DNA from: the human T2T-CHM13v2.0 reference genome, Homo sapiens | NCBI RefSeq assembly: GCF_009914755.1 | Contig: NC_060947.1 | DNA length: 64,000 bases | Strand: one strand, 5' to 3' | In this document: positions 41,786-59,298 of the stretch, one piece after another | Layout: each line of letters begins with the position of its first letter | Position numbering within the stretch: the stretch's first letter is position 1 | Notes under the pieces: model-generated | Databases searched by the model: none | Told to the model about the DNA's origin: nothing | What the model saw: the letters and a program-made list of their open reading frames with translations, nothing else | Program-made: the position numbers and the translations under genes

Positions 41786-43841
41786 GCTGTGTAGTAAGAC
41801 CTCTACTCATCCTCCATGTTGGCCCTCCCCACCCAATCCCTGCATGCTCACCACTCAATCCCTTTACATACTGGCTTGGTTTAAGTAGCATAATATCCAT
41901 AGCCTAGGAATGGCCATATATGAAAGATATAAAAGAACAAGCTGTGTATTACACAAACTTGTCGTGGCTTTTGGAAACCATGCTAGTGCCCAAAAGACAA
42001 ACAACATAATTGAAGACGTCAGCCTAGACAAAAGAGGTGTTCTTTTTACGGTTGTCATAATAAATCTCTCTCTCAACTTTACTTGGCATTTAGGTATATT
42101 AGGCCTTCAAGTGCAGACCTTTAATTTCTTCCCTGTCTTTTTAAACCTCACATTAAATATCACTATTTTCTTCTCTATATCCCCCTCATAAAATACTGTT
42201 AAAGCAACTTGGACACAACAATATCCTTCTCCTGCCCTCTACAAACAATTCATGAGCCCAAAGCATGTGCAGTTATTTCTAGTTGCAACTATGAAAGAAA
42301 AAGGTTAGCAGTAGCTAGCTAAAATGTTTGTGAGCAACTGTAAGTTCCAGCCAGGGTTTACCAATGCCCCAGAGCAATTTGCAAGAGGGGGCTGCATTTA
42401 TATCCTGAGTCATCATGCTAAATCCCAAGGTGTAGAACTTCATCCTTCCATCAATTGCCATGAGTCTTGAGAGTATGAAGTTACCCAAATTCATGAAACA
42501 ATGGTAATAAAAGGGATTGATTGATACCTTTATCCCCAGACTGGTTTTTACAAACCACTGGAAAAACCATGTTGGTAACAGGGTATGCTCTGTGATGATC
42601 CCCACATCTAAAACCGTTTTTTTCTCTCCTCTTGCTGTAGCAAAGCCTCAATTCAAAGCAGTTTTCAAATCATGTGTAAGGTAAATAGATACCCTTATCT
42701 TAAGGTAAATAAGTGAATTAATGGAATAAGGCACTATTTTATGAACTATTGAATTAGCAAAAATTAAGAAGATTTTCAGTGTTGGTAAATGTATGTGAAG
42801 AAAGACACTTTGATATAGTAGTAAGAGGAGTGTAATTAGTGTAGCTATCTTGAGGGCAATTTGGCAGTATCAGTCAAAATTAGAACTGCATATACTCTTT
42901 GACCAGCTGTTCTTCAATTGGGAATCTAATCTAAATATATATACTTTTAATATATAAAAAATATAATTCAAAGGGTATTCGTTGCATTGATTGTGATATG
43001 AAAAAAATTGGAAAAAACCTAAATTGCATTGATTATGAAAGAAAAAAAATCTCAGTCTAATAATAGGGCATGGTTAAATAAATTATGTTGTGTCCCTACT
43101 CTGGAACACTACATTAGATCTGCATGACCTGGTATTAAAAAAAATGTAAGAGGCATTTTTAAATGAGGAAAAACCAAGGTAAGGAACGGCTTGTATAATA
43201 AAATAATAGCTAACCAGGTGAGACTTCTGGAATGGCGCAGTGAGGATCTCCGTAAATCCACTCCTCCATAAAATCAATGAAAATGCTGGGAAAATTATAA
43301 AAATCAACTTTATTTTTTTTTTTATTTTTTTTTTTTTTACAAATCTGGAAATTAACCCAAGGTCTAAAGCAATCTGAGGAGCATTTATTCAAGAAAAACC
43401 ACAGCACCTATGTAAGAAAACTACATTTTTAACTTGGCCTACTCCCATGTTTCTCTCCCCAGCTCCACAGTTCCCTTGAAAACCAGCCAACTCACAGCCA
43501 GAGGAGCTGTAAAAACAAAACAAACAAAAAAATCAAAAACAAAAAAAGACAGCAGCTTTACAGCCACTAGAGGGGGCAGACTGGGTTTGGAGCTCCTCAA
43601 AAAACTTCTATCCCACAGCATTGTTACTGTTTGACTTGTCGCATACCTCTCTGGGAAAGCCCCATTTATACAGTGCTTTCATATGTGACCTGACTCTGAG
43701 CTTGCTCGACAAGAAAAGCCCTATCTTTAGTGCATTTATCAAAAATAATCAGCTGCAATTGTTTAACATCACAACTGCCTGAGGTGATTATACACGTTTG
43801 GGCAAGCCAGGGCCTGTCCAAAAACTTAAAAGAAAGATCTA

Positions 43842-44166
<325 letters not shown>

Positions 44167-45102
44167 TCACTAAAATTGTTCAATAGCAGATTTGAGCTGG
44201 CAGAGAAAAAGAATCAGAGAACCCAAACATAGGTTAATTTAGGTAATTCAGTCTGAGTAATAGAAAGCAAAAAGAACGGTGCTTTGGAGACCTGTAGTAT
44301 ACCATCAAGCATACCAATAGACATACAATGTAAGTCCCAGAAGGAGAAGAGGGAGACGTAAACAAATAGAAAGAATACTTGAAGAAATAACAGCCAGAAA
44401 TTTCCCAAATTTTATGAAAAACTTTGCTCCTCATAGCTAAAAGTGCAACAAACTTCAAGTAGGGTCAACACAAGGATATCTACATCCAGTCACATCATAG
44501 TCAAACTGTTGAAAGACAAAGACTCTTTAAAGCAGCAAGAGAAAAGCAATTCGTCTCTCAGTGAGATTAATAGTGGACTTCTCATCAAAAAGGACAGAAT
44601 GCCTTCTTGCCTTCATGGAAGACGGAATGCATTGGGATGGCATCCTCAAAGTGCTGAAAGGAAAAAATTGTCAACTAAAAATTCTGTATTTGGCAAAACT
44701 ATCCTTCAAAACTGAAAGAGAATTAACACATTTCCAGATGAACAAAAACTGAAAGAATTTTTCACTAGCAGATCTGACCTACAAGAAATACTAAAATAAG
44801 TCCTTCAGTCTAAAATGAAAGAACTACACAGTAATTCAAATCCACACAAAGAAATAAATAGTACCGGTAAAGGCATATACGTAGGTAAACATAAAAGACA
44901 GTATAAATGTAGTTTGATAACTTTTGTCTCCTCCTACCTTATTTAAAATATAATTGCATAAAGAAATAGTTGTAAAATTGTGTTGATAGACTAATAATAT
45001 AAAATATATAATTTCTATGACAATAACAGCCCCAAAAAACAGATGGAATGGAGCTATATTGGAAAATGATTCCATATACTATTAAAATTACATTTCTATT
45101 AA

Positions 45103-45433
<331 letters not shown>

Positions 45434-45754
45434 TAGATTGTTTTAAGATAATAATTGTAATCCCCAGAGCAACCACTAAGAAAATAACACAAGGGATATA
45501 TGGTAACAGAAATGACAAATTAATTAAAATAGGGCATTAGAATAGGCCTACATGTCACAAAGTAAGGAAGTAATGGAAAAACAGAGGTACAAAAATGATA
45601 TGACATACAGAAAACAAATAGAAAAATGGCAGATGCCAGTCCTTTCTTTAAAATCAGTAATTACATTACATTTAAATGGAGTAAACTCTCCAATAAAATG
45701 TAGAAATTGACATAGTGGATAAAACAAACACAATTCAACTATATACTGTCTATG

Positions 45755-47490
<1,736 letters not shown>

Positions 47491-48517
47491 AAAGAAAGCA
47501 TTCTTATTGTCAATTATGAAATCGTCAAATATATCAAATATAAATTATATTTTTCAGATGAATGTCAAACAGAACATGTAACATGTATAATGTAAAAAGG
47601 GTATATGAGGAAAATGAATAAGTACCACTTTTAATAAATATACTGATTTTAAAAATAGTGTGAGACTAATTACCTTAGAAAACAGAAAAACAATAAAAAT
47701 CAACAAAATCCAAGTTGACTTTCTGAAAGGATCAACAAAAGTAATAAACCTTTAGCTAGACTGACCAAGAAACAAAGATTCAAATTGCTAAAACTATAAA
47801 TGAAAGAGCAGGCATCACTACCAACTTTAGAGAAATAAAAACATTATAAAGGAATACTATCGACAATTGCATGGAATCGAATTAGATAATCTACATGAAA
47901 TGAACAAATTACTAGAATAACTCACAAACTACCAAAAGTAATTCAAAAAGAAATACAAAATCTGTATAGCTTTATGACAAGTGATTGAATTGGGAATCAA
48001 TAAACTTTCCACAAAGAAAAACACAGGCTCAGATGGCTTCACTGGTTAATGCTATCAAAAGTTTAAACAGGAATTAATACAAATCCTTCATAAACTCTTC
48101 GGAAACTGGAATGTGAGAAAACACTTCACAACTCATTCTATGAGGCAAATATTACCCTGAAGCCAAATTAAAACAAAGACATAATGAGAAAGCTACAGAC
48201 CAATATCCCTTATAAACATATGCACAAAAACCCTCAACAAAATATCAGCAAGCCAAACCCAGCAACATAAAGAAAAATTTATACATCATAACCAGTTGGG
48301 ATTTATTCTGGGAATGCAAGGTTGGGTCAACATATGAAAATCAGTCAACATAAACCTAAAATGATCAATTAAAATATTTTAAAAGACAAAAACCACATCA
48401 TCATTTCAGTAGACACAGAAAAAGCTTTTGACAATGTACAATATCTTTTTATGATAAAAATGTTCAACAAACTAGGAATAAAAGGGAACTTCCTAAACCT
48501 GATAAAATGTATTTACA

Positions 48518-49019
<502 letters not shown>

Positions 49020-50293
49020 CTATTTGTATATGACATAATCTTGTATATTGAAAATCCTAAGGAATCCACAAAACAAAACAAAAACTATTAGAAGTGCACC
49101 AAGGCCACAGGATATATGATCAGTGCATGAAAAACATTATATTAGAGCTTCATCTCACACCATACAGGAAAATTTATTCTGAATTTTTCGTAGACTTAAA
49201 TGTAAGAGCTAAAAACAATAAGATTTTTAGAAGAAAACATAGGATAAAATCTATAAGACCTTAGGTTAGGTAAAGGTTTCTTAGATATGACACCAAAAGC
49301 ACAATCCATCAAAGAAAAAAATTGATAAATTCAGCCTTAGGAAAATTCAAAACTTCCACACTTCGAAATGACGCTATTAAGAGAACAAAAAGACAAGCAA
49401 CAGACTGGAAGAAAATATTTGCAAAACACATATGCAATAAAGGATTTCTATTTAGAATACAGAAAGAACTCTTGCAATTTAATAAGCAGACAACCCAATT
49501 TTAAAATGGACAAAAGCTACGAGCATACTTTTCATCAAAGAAGATCTACGAATGGTTAATAAGCACATGACAACATGCTCAACATCGGTCATTAGGAAAA
49601 TGCAAATTAAAACCACAATTAATACCATTTTGTACCCGGTAGAACGAGAATGAAAAGTAAAACAAACAACAACAAATGTTAGTGAGAAGGTGCAAGAATG
49701 GAAACCCTCATGAAATGCTGATAGGACTGTAAAATGGTACAGCCACTTTGAAAGCAGTTTGGCAGTTCCTCAAAATGTTAAACATATAACTTCCATACAA
49801 CCCAGCAATTTCATTCCTAGATATCTATCCAAGAAAAATTAAAACATATGACTACACAAAGACTTGCATGGAAATGTTCACAGGAGCATTATTCGTAGTA
49901 GCCATATATTGGAAACAATCTGAATGTCTATCAACTGACAAATGGACAAAGTGCGATATAACAGAATAGTACTCAGCAATAAAAATCACAGACTACTAAC
50001 ACATGCTATGTCATGGATGAACCTCACAAACATTTTGTAAAGTGAAAGAAGCCAGGCAAAAGAAACCACGTATTGTATGATTCCATTTACATGAAATTTC
50101 TATAAAAGACAAATATTTGGAAATGGAAAGTAAACTAATGCTTGCCTAGGGTTGGGGGTGTGAACAGAGATAAACTGTAAATGAGCAAGAGGGATGTTTA
50201 TTAGGAGAGTGAAAATGTTGTAAAACTCATTTATGGTGATGATTGTACCACTCACTAAAATCACTGAATTGCACACTTAAAAGGGGTGAGTTC

Positions 50294-50841
<548 letters not shown>

Positions 50842-50894
50842 TGAATTTTATGATATGTAAAATATATCTCAATAAAGACCCTTTAAATATTAGA

Positions 50895-51115
50895 CTGACA
50901 CATAACGCTGTTTTAAGTGTCTGGCATATAAGCAACTCATTTAATCCTTATAACAGCCCTATGAAGCAAGTAATATTATTTATCTTTTCATAAATGAGGA
51001 AACTGAGGCACAGATAGATTAGGTGACTTGCCAAAGAGCTCACAACCAGTAATTGGTAAAGAAGGAACTCCAACCTAGCCAGTCTGGCTCTAGAGTCTGT
51101 GATCTTAACCATGGC
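50895..51115 (-). mobile_element. MIR
   Basis: CTCATTTAATCCTTATAACAGCCCTATGA..ATGAGGAAACTGAGGCACAGA. Confidence 0.85.
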
Positions 51116-52175
51116 TTCCATTTGTGGGAAGAAAAATTTGTACAGATACACATGTATATGGCAATGTGTGGAAGGAATCATAAGGCACTTTAATCAGTGA
51201 TCCTCTCTGGGCAGTGGGAGTGAGGGTGGGCAGCAAAGCAAGACTTTCACTTATTACTTTATACTTCTTTGAATTCTGAATTTTTTATACATTTTCTAAT
51301 AACTCATGTATTCATTTTGTAGATAAGAAACTTCTACTTTTAAATCAAAACATTGGTTATCTTTGATTTGTTACATTATACACCTTTAATTTCCCTGAAC
51401 ATTTTTACATTTTCCATGTTCTTTGGGATATGTGTGTCTTCGGGCCAAGTTCTCAAATAATTACCATGACATGTTTTCTGCTACATTTTGTCTTGCCAGT
51501 GTCAGAGTCCCAAGATGGGGCTGAGGCCAAGAAGGGTTGGGTAGGAGGCTACGGAAAACTTCATGAAAGAAGGGCCTGTATTGCTCGCTCTGCTTGGGCA
51601 AGACTGTGATTGGGCTGGATTCAAGGCTGTCCTGAGCTGCAGTGTGCAGCTCTGAACTCCCTGGATCCCCTGGGGCACTCTAAGGGGGGCTGGCTGCTTC
51701 AGAAATTGCTTCTATTCTGTAGGGGAATAGATTATCTGCATGCATGTGCACATGTGCGAACAAACCCATTTAATGAAAGCAGGAGTTTGGACTTGTGCCT
51801 GAAGAGTAGGAGTGATTCTGCCCTGATGTGTGAGTGTGTAGCATGGGTGTTTTTGTTCTTGTTTGTTTCACTTAATATTTAAAGATACTCAAATGGGACT
51901 ATGTTATGAAAGCAACTAAGTGTTGTGGAGTGTCTTTACTAACATAGGAAATAATAGTTTGTAAACTTTAGGAAGCATTAGACTGTTGAGATGCTTAAAA
52001 GAAAATGGAAAGAGTTGATGTTTAGACTGCGATTAACTCTCTTTGTAATCATTCCCTTGGTTCGATGATGTTGTGGAGCTGAGGAATAATAACAAGGTTG
52101 GTTGGTTTGTTTTTAATATGTACTTACTGTATACTAACACCCTACAAAGGGCATATTGTGAGAGAATAGGATATT

Positions 52176-52806
52176 CTTTTTTTATTATTATACTTTAAGT
52201 TCTAGGGTACATGTGCACAATGTGCAGGTTTGTTACATATGTATACATGTGCCATGTTGGTGTGCTGCACCCGTTAACTCGTCGTTTACATTAGGTATAT
52301 CTCCTAATGCTCTCCCTCCCCCTTCCCCACACCCCACAACAGGCCCCGGTGTGTGATGTTCCCCACCCTGTGTCCAAGTGTTCTCATTGTTCAATTCCCA
52401 CCTATGAGTGAGAACATGAGGGTTTGGTTTTCTGTCCTTGTGATAGTTTGCTGGGAATGATGGTTTCCAGCTTCATCCATGTCCCTAAAAGGACATGAAC
52501 GCATCCTTTTTTATGGCTGCATATTATTCCATGGTGTATTTGTGCCACATTTTCTGAATCCAGTCCATCATTGTTGGACATTTGAGTTGGTTCCAAGTCT
52601 TTGCTATTGTTTATAGTGCCGCAATAAACATACATGTGCATGTGTCTTTATAGCAGCATGATTTATAATCCTTTGGGTATACACCCAGTAATGGGATGGC
52701 TGGGTCAAACGGTATTTCCAGTTCTAGATCCTTGAGGAATCGCCATACTGTCTTCCACAATGGTTGAACTAGTTTACAGTCCCACCAACAGTGTAAAAGC
52801 GTTCCT
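52176..52806 (-). mobile_element. 5'-truncated L1PA (PA4/5-like) 3' end
   Basis: TTATTATACTTTAAGTTCTAGGGTACATGTGCAC; TSD GAGAATAGGATATT at 52162-52175 and 52807-52820. Confidence 0.95.
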
Positions 52807-52887
52807 GAGAATAGGATATTATTTCATGAAGGTTTTCTCTTTGAAGATTTCATATTCAATAAGGACTGATTAAAAGATATTTGGACA

Positions 52888-53162
52888 GGTCGGGCGCAGT
52901 GGTTCACACCTGTAATCCCAGCACTTTGGGAGGCTGAGGTGGTCAGGAGTAAGAGACCAGCCTGACCAACATGGTGAAACCCCCGTCGCTACTAAAAATA
53001 CAATAAATTAGCTGGGCGTGGTGGCATGCGCCTGTAATCCCAGCTACTCAGGAGGCTGAGGCAGGCAGAATTGCTTGAACCCGGGAGGCGGAGGTTGCAG
53101 TGAGCCAACATCGCACTACTGCACTCCAGCCTGGGCGACAGAGAGAGACTCTGTCACACACA

Positions 53163-53196
<34 letters not shown>

Positions 53197-53210
53197 AAGA
53201 AAAAAAAAGA
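52888..53210 (+). mobile_element. Alu (S type) with (CA)n tail
   Basis: Dimer with a short left-arm deletion. Confidence 0.93.
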
Positions 53211-53267
53211 AACTGAAGGGGGGAAATAGTCTTTTCAAATGGCCTATCTTCTCTTATATGCCACTTT

Positions 53268-53557
53268 TTTTTTTTCAGACGGTGTTTTGCTCTTGTTGCC
53301 CAGCCTAGAGGTGCAATGGCGTGATCTCGGCTCACCACAACCTCTGACTCCCGGGTTCAAGCAATTCTCCTGCCTCAGCCTCCCAAGTAGCTGGGATTAC
53401 AGGCACGCACCACCACGCTCCGCTTATTTTGTATTTTTAGTAGAGACGGGGTTTCTCCATGTTGGTCAGGCTACTCTCGAACTCCCGACCTCAGATGATC
53501 TGCCTGCCTTGGCCTCTCAAAGTGCTGGGATTACAGGCGTGAGCCACCGCACCTGCC
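53268..53557 (-). mobile_element. AluSp/Sq-like
   Basis: TSD CTTAT(A/C)TGCCACTTT at 53253-53267 and 53558-53572. Confidence 0.93.
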
Positions 53558-55045
53558 CTTATCTGCCACTTTCCTGCTGAGGAAGTACATGGCCTTTCTG
53601 GACAGGAAAATGTGTCCAGAATCTCTTACGCTGTACCCTAGGTTGCCCTGTGTACATAATGTAGCTACTTTACCTTTCTAGTTATGATTCTGAGTAATTG
53701 TCTACCCTGCTATATATGCTGTATATAGCCATTGGTGAATTGTCTATATCCAGGCAAGTGCCACGTCAGTTTGATTTGCTTTGTGGACATTGCTAATAGG
53801 TTTGTGTTTTCCCAGAAAAAAAGTGGTGAGAAACTGGCTGGAAGAAACAAGAGCCTTACCAACTCACCACTTCATTTTTTTTAATGAAAATTTTGAGGAT
53901 ATGGTAATGAGAACACCATCAGATGAAGCATGACAATCCCAAAGAACTGATGTGCACTTGATAAATGCTTGTGGTTAGAACAGCTGACCCATTTTCCCCA
54001 GTTTCCATAAGCCATGTCATCCCTGATTAAAGAGCCAGGTAGGTCAATGTCAAATAAGTACTTACTCTTCCATTTGCTAGATGTTATAGGAGGAATATTT
54101 AAAAATTTTTAAGTGTTCAGAATGCTACTAAACTTTTAGGTATTGGAGAGGGGTAGGAATATAAGCAAGCTGCTATGACCAACACACAACTAAAGTGCAT
54201 GTCCCAAGAATAAAAGGTTAGGCCTGATGATCATGTACTTTAATTCCTCAAGGTAAGGTCGGCATAATCTAAGAGCAAAAAACCAAATACAAGCCCTTGG
54301 GGTCAGCCACACTTGAAAAGGAGGAGGAAATTCAAACAACAAAGTAAACTAGAAAGAGCAGTAAAAGGGAAGAAAATCAGGATGTTACACAGTCAAAACA
54401 AAAAAAGAAAAATATTTTTAGTGGTACCAAATGCAACAAAGACTTCAAGAAAGAGAAGCAGCAAAAAGCGATTTGACCAGGAGGAAGTTAGCTGTGGTTT
54501 CCGAGGTTAAGTGGTTTCTGACTGGGCAGGTGGTTTCTATTATATAAATGGTGGCTTACATAGAATGAGATGTTGAGATCATCTTATTTCACACAGAACA
54601 TTAAAGGACCATTATAATTAGACTCACTCATTCATTCATTTATTCCATTAGCATTTACTGTGTTCTTACAAGTGCCTGATGCTACTAAGCTCCATGGGGT
54701 CAGGGTACCTAATAGAAAAACCATAATTAAATCATAATGGCTTCTCTCTCACAAGCAATCCGGGTGAAGTTTTAAAGCGATGACTTAAAAATGAAAGTCT
54801 TATTTCCCTATAGCTGTTTCAGTTTATATATTCATTTCTGACACATTAGCCTTTTGTTTTCCTTTTTAAATTAGTAAGGTTTGGTTTGCCGCATCACAAA
54901 GTTTCAACCTAGAAAAGTAGCAAACTTAAAAAAAAATCAAATCTCAAATTATCTTATATATGCTGTGAGGAAAAGTAGAAATGGCATTAATATCTTAGGT
55001 TAATTTTTTTCCCTGCAAACACAAACAAAAACCCTCACAGAATAG

Positions 55046-55413
<368 letters not shown>

Positions 55414-56245
55414 TCTGTGTCTCATATTTTAACAGGTTTGTTTGGGTGCATCACCAACTTGGATTCTGACAGGAGGTTGAAAACATCAAGTCTCAAAGAT
55501 TCTTTTGTGAGCTCTGAGGAAAACCAGAAATGGTATTTATACCTTGTATTAGGTATTTATTTCCACAAAAGTTTGATGCTTACAACATAAACCCAACAAC
55601 CCACCTGGAATAGGCCATGGAAATCTAACAAGCTTTTCACACTTAAGATATACCTAGAGATTTCTGCTTCTCAAAATGTCACCTTGCAGTGAGCAACCTG
55701 GTGCCTGGAAATAAGGCAACCCACATCAATTTTGGGACATCAAAAATGAATTATTTTAAACATAGATATATAGTGAAGTAAAATGTAAAATTCTCCAGAT
55801 TTCTATAAAACAAAACTTAAAAGCTCAAAACCCCCAGCCTGTGCCACTAAGGGAAACTCACTCCCTCTGCCATTAGGATTGTCACCATGGAAATGAGCAG
55901 ACCTACTGCCTCCAGTGGAAACTGGATCTCTCTCTCCAATCTAGTGATCCCTCTTTCTAACCAGCTAGTCTAATTAGCAAACTATTAAAGACACGTGAAC
56001 TTTCCTTTGTACCAGTTATCATTAGGTGAAATGTTTCCTCATTACTTTCAGAATTAAGTATACAATTCAGTATGCACAAGCACACATCAGCTATAAGGGC
56101 GTTTTCTAACTGGCTATCCAAAATAAACCCATCTTAAAAATAAACAAACCAATCCACCTGACGAGTGATGTGTGGTGTTTTTCCTCTTTCTACATTCTAT
56201 ATTTTAATTTTCTATAATTTTTCCTTTTTAATAATGAGGGAAAAC

Positions 56246-56542
56246 TTTTTTTTTTTTTCTGAGATGCAGGTTCACTCTTATCGCCCAGGCTGGAGTGCAG
56301 TGGTGTGATCTCGGCTCACTGCAACCTCTGACTCCTGGATTCAAGTGATTCTCCTGCCTCAGTCTCCCAAGTAGCTGGGATTACAGGTGCTTGCCACCAC
56401 ACCCAGCTAATTTTTGCATTTTTATTAGAGACGGTGTTTTACCATGTTGGCCAGGCTGGTCTAGAACTCCTGACCTCAGGTGATCCGCCCGCCTCAGCCT
56501 CTCAAAGTGCTGGGATTACAGATGTGAGCCACCATGGCTGGC
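56246..56542 (-). mobile_element. AluSx-like in the TSPAN6 distal 3' UTR
   Basis: TSD TGAGGGAAAACTTTTT starting at 56235 and 56543. Confidence 0.95.
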
Positions 56543-57175
56543 TGAGGGAAAACTTTTTTAAAAACTCTAAATATAACCTTAAAACATTCTTCAAAACCAC
56601 TGCAGTGAAAAATATGTATTTGAAAATTGCTGATAATCCTTTAAATATTTGCTTCTTTAATCTCAGTAGCCAAAAATCTGATTTGCTGTACTTGAGTCAC
56701 TATTTTTCAACTTAATTTTCTTATCACCTTATCCTATGTCAAAAGTCACACATCAAATGTTCTAATGGAGAATATCATTTTTCTGCAATAACTCCAAGCA
56801 TTTTAAAACACATACTCAAAATTCATGATCATTTAACTAGTAGTTTTTGCCCAGGTTTTTTTCTAACTGTAACTGACTCCCCCTTACCATCAATTCAAGG
56901 ACTGTGGCAATCAGACTAGACAGGTTCTACTAATGGATGTATAAAGAGACTCAAAACCAAAGAAATAATTCCCTGACTTCAACTCAAATTTTAGTAATTA
57001 TTATTTTCCTTATTAATTTCCCTATTATCCTGAAGATACAGGTTACATCCCTCCCTGTACAACTTTTTAATGCAAACTATACAATCAAAAAAGTCTGATC
57101 TCTAGGAGAACACTAGTCATATGCTACTTTATAACATGGAATATAATTTTTTTCACAGAGAACAGTTTTTTTTAA

Positions 57176-57287
57176 TATTTGCACTTTAAGATTTTTTTGT
57201 TTACATTAAGTTCTGGGATACATGTGCAGAATGTGCAGGTTTGTTACATAGGTATACATGTGCCATGGTGGTTTGCTGCACCTATGG
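57176..57287 (-). mobile_element. About 110-bp L1PA 3' tip
   Basis: TAAGTTCTGGGATACATGTGCAGAA; TSD GAACAGTTTTTTTTAA at 57160-57175 and 57288-57303. Confidence 0.88.
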
Positions 57288-58226
57288 GAACAGTTTTTTT
57301 TAAACAAAAACATTTTTTTTAATACAGAGTTAAGGCCGCAGGCTTATATTTCACATCTAAAAACAGTACTCTGAATAGAAATGTAGGGCTTAGCTTTCTC
57401 AGTGGAAAACAACAACCATTCCAGCAGATTTTCTACAAGTTAATTTAAACACGATCTTTTTAGAGGAAAGCAGTATTTATTGTATAAGAGTTATACTTAT
57501 TAATCAAAGGCACAAACGAAAACTAAGACTTAAAGTTGACCATAATATTGACAAGTCATATCAACCTGGTACCAGCTAAATTTAATGAAGATAAGTTCCA
57601 CTGAATTCCTAAGGAAAATACAACAATTCCGACACCATTTAATAATTAGAAACTTTCAAACAAGAGGGAAAGTATGAACATCATAATAAATGCCTCAATT
57701 TGGAGGCAAAGAAATGTAAGTTGTGTGCTGAAACCTGATGTATCACAGAACATCAGTAGTCCCTTCCAGTCGTGGATGCCTTAGACCCAAGGCCTTACAC
57801 TGTTATCACCATCTGGCAACCCTGATGAGGGATGCCATCTATTGACTGACTGAAATTAAATTACACAATGTGACTCTCTGCCTGTCAGCAGAACAGAGAG
57901 TCATAAAACATTTTAACTTCTTGGTGCAAATTATACAATCAAACCAGATAACCTTGACTGGGAAGGAGCCAGTTCAGAGGGGTGAATTTTCTATCACACT
58001 ACATCAATAGCAAAGTCAGAGGAATCAATTTTCCATCTTGTAACACTACATCAAAATAGCAAATTCACAGTGCCTTCCAAAGGCCCCCTACTAAGAAAAA
58101 TAACAGTCAAGAGGAACACAGTATTACTTCATTTACAATTTACTAGCTCTTCCAGTGTTTCAGAGGGATACAGGGTTTCAACGATCTAACATGAATGGGA
58201 TAGAAGGTGGACTTAGAACATAGCAA

Positions 58227-58350
58227 ACATACATCTTGATTGAATCAGCCCACTGCGAGCACGGATCTTGATTGAATCAGCCTATTGGTGTAGTTTTAGG
58301 TCTACATACATCTTGATTGAATCAACCTACTGGTGTAGTTTTTTGGTCTA
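58227..58350. repeat. Triplicated ATCTTGATTGAATCA unit
   Basis: Exact 15-mers at 58233-58247, 58265-58279 and 58310-58324. Confidence 0.95.
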
Positions 58351-59229
58351 TCAGTAAGTAGTGTTGTCAGTTCTCCAGCCAAGCAACTTTCTAATTCACA
58401 GGGGGGACCCTAAATGTCCTAAAATTAAAGAAAAAAAGTTAATGTACTTGTTACCCAAATTTCAACATCTGTATTTGCTTACATACATTCTAATCTATTC
58501 CTGCTAATGAAGACCTTCCTATGTGTTCCTAGTCAGTGGCTCAAGTAAAATGCAAAGTGTGCCCTAGGGATCAATTCAGCCAACAACAGTTCTCACAGTA
58601 TTTTACCAGTCAAATACTAACGCCATTGAAACACATGTCTTCCCAAAATCTGGTTCCTTATTAGACCAGATGAGTTTACGGTTTTAACAAAAGCCCACCA
58701 AAAACATCTTTTTACCAAGAAAGCCACACTCTCAACAACTGATTAAGATTGTGGTAAATGAAAACTACGAAAAGGACTAAGGAAAATGTCAATATTGGTG
58801 AGGAGCAGAGTGCACCTGCCAGGGAACCTCACGAATAAGGTCATTCTTGGGATTCTTTGTTTCTCCTCTCTCCAGGCCAAAACATGTTAAAAAAGGGACC
58901 ACTTATGATCTTTAGGCTGACATGTGTATGTAAATATATAAACCCACACGGGGAGTCTTCTGTTGCATAACTGTAGAGAGCATGCATAGATAAGCTGTAG
59001 CTAAGTCATTACTTTCTGACCATGCCCTGTGTATAGAGACCTAACCTGCCTACACAGGGTTTACATAGCACCAGCTAGATTTAAATATATTACTAGACAA
59101 GACGTTCTTGGCAAACTTAGTCCATGCATCACATACACAGGCTAGAATAAATATCAACACTAACAGAGCTGAGGACCAAAATGAACGCACCTTAAAGGTA
59201 GAGAGGAATAGGCCCACAGATACATTGGG

Positions 59230-59298
59230 TTACACTATCTCATACTGGTTATTTGTTATGGCACGAGAGAGGCAGTAGGCGAGAAAGATTCCAATCAG
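59230..59298 (-). CDS. TSPAN6: Tetraspanin-6 last coding exon (exon 7; whole exon 59191-59298)
   Basis: LIGIFLAYCLSRAITNNQYEIV*; CTAG acceptor; AAG|GTGCGT donor at 59190. Confidence 0.97.
   Translation of the reverse strand: MIGIFLAYCLSRAITNNQYEIV

Larger units (their letters stand above)
55540..58418 (-). other. TSPAN6: TSPAN6 terminal non-coding exon (3' UTR); 3' end approximate
   Basis: Acceptor TTTTTTTCTTTAATTTTAG|GAC at 58419/58418; AATAAA on - strand at 57476-57481 and 55556-55561. Confidence 0.75.

Noticed and set aside
53709-53729. GCTATATA..TATATAGC hairpin
   Set aside because: An 8-bp AT-rich stem is expected by chance in 64 kb.
58227-58350. CRISPR-like repeat-spacer pattern in the TSPAN6 UTR
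   Set aside because: The intervening sequences are related to each other and unequal in length; local duplication explains it.
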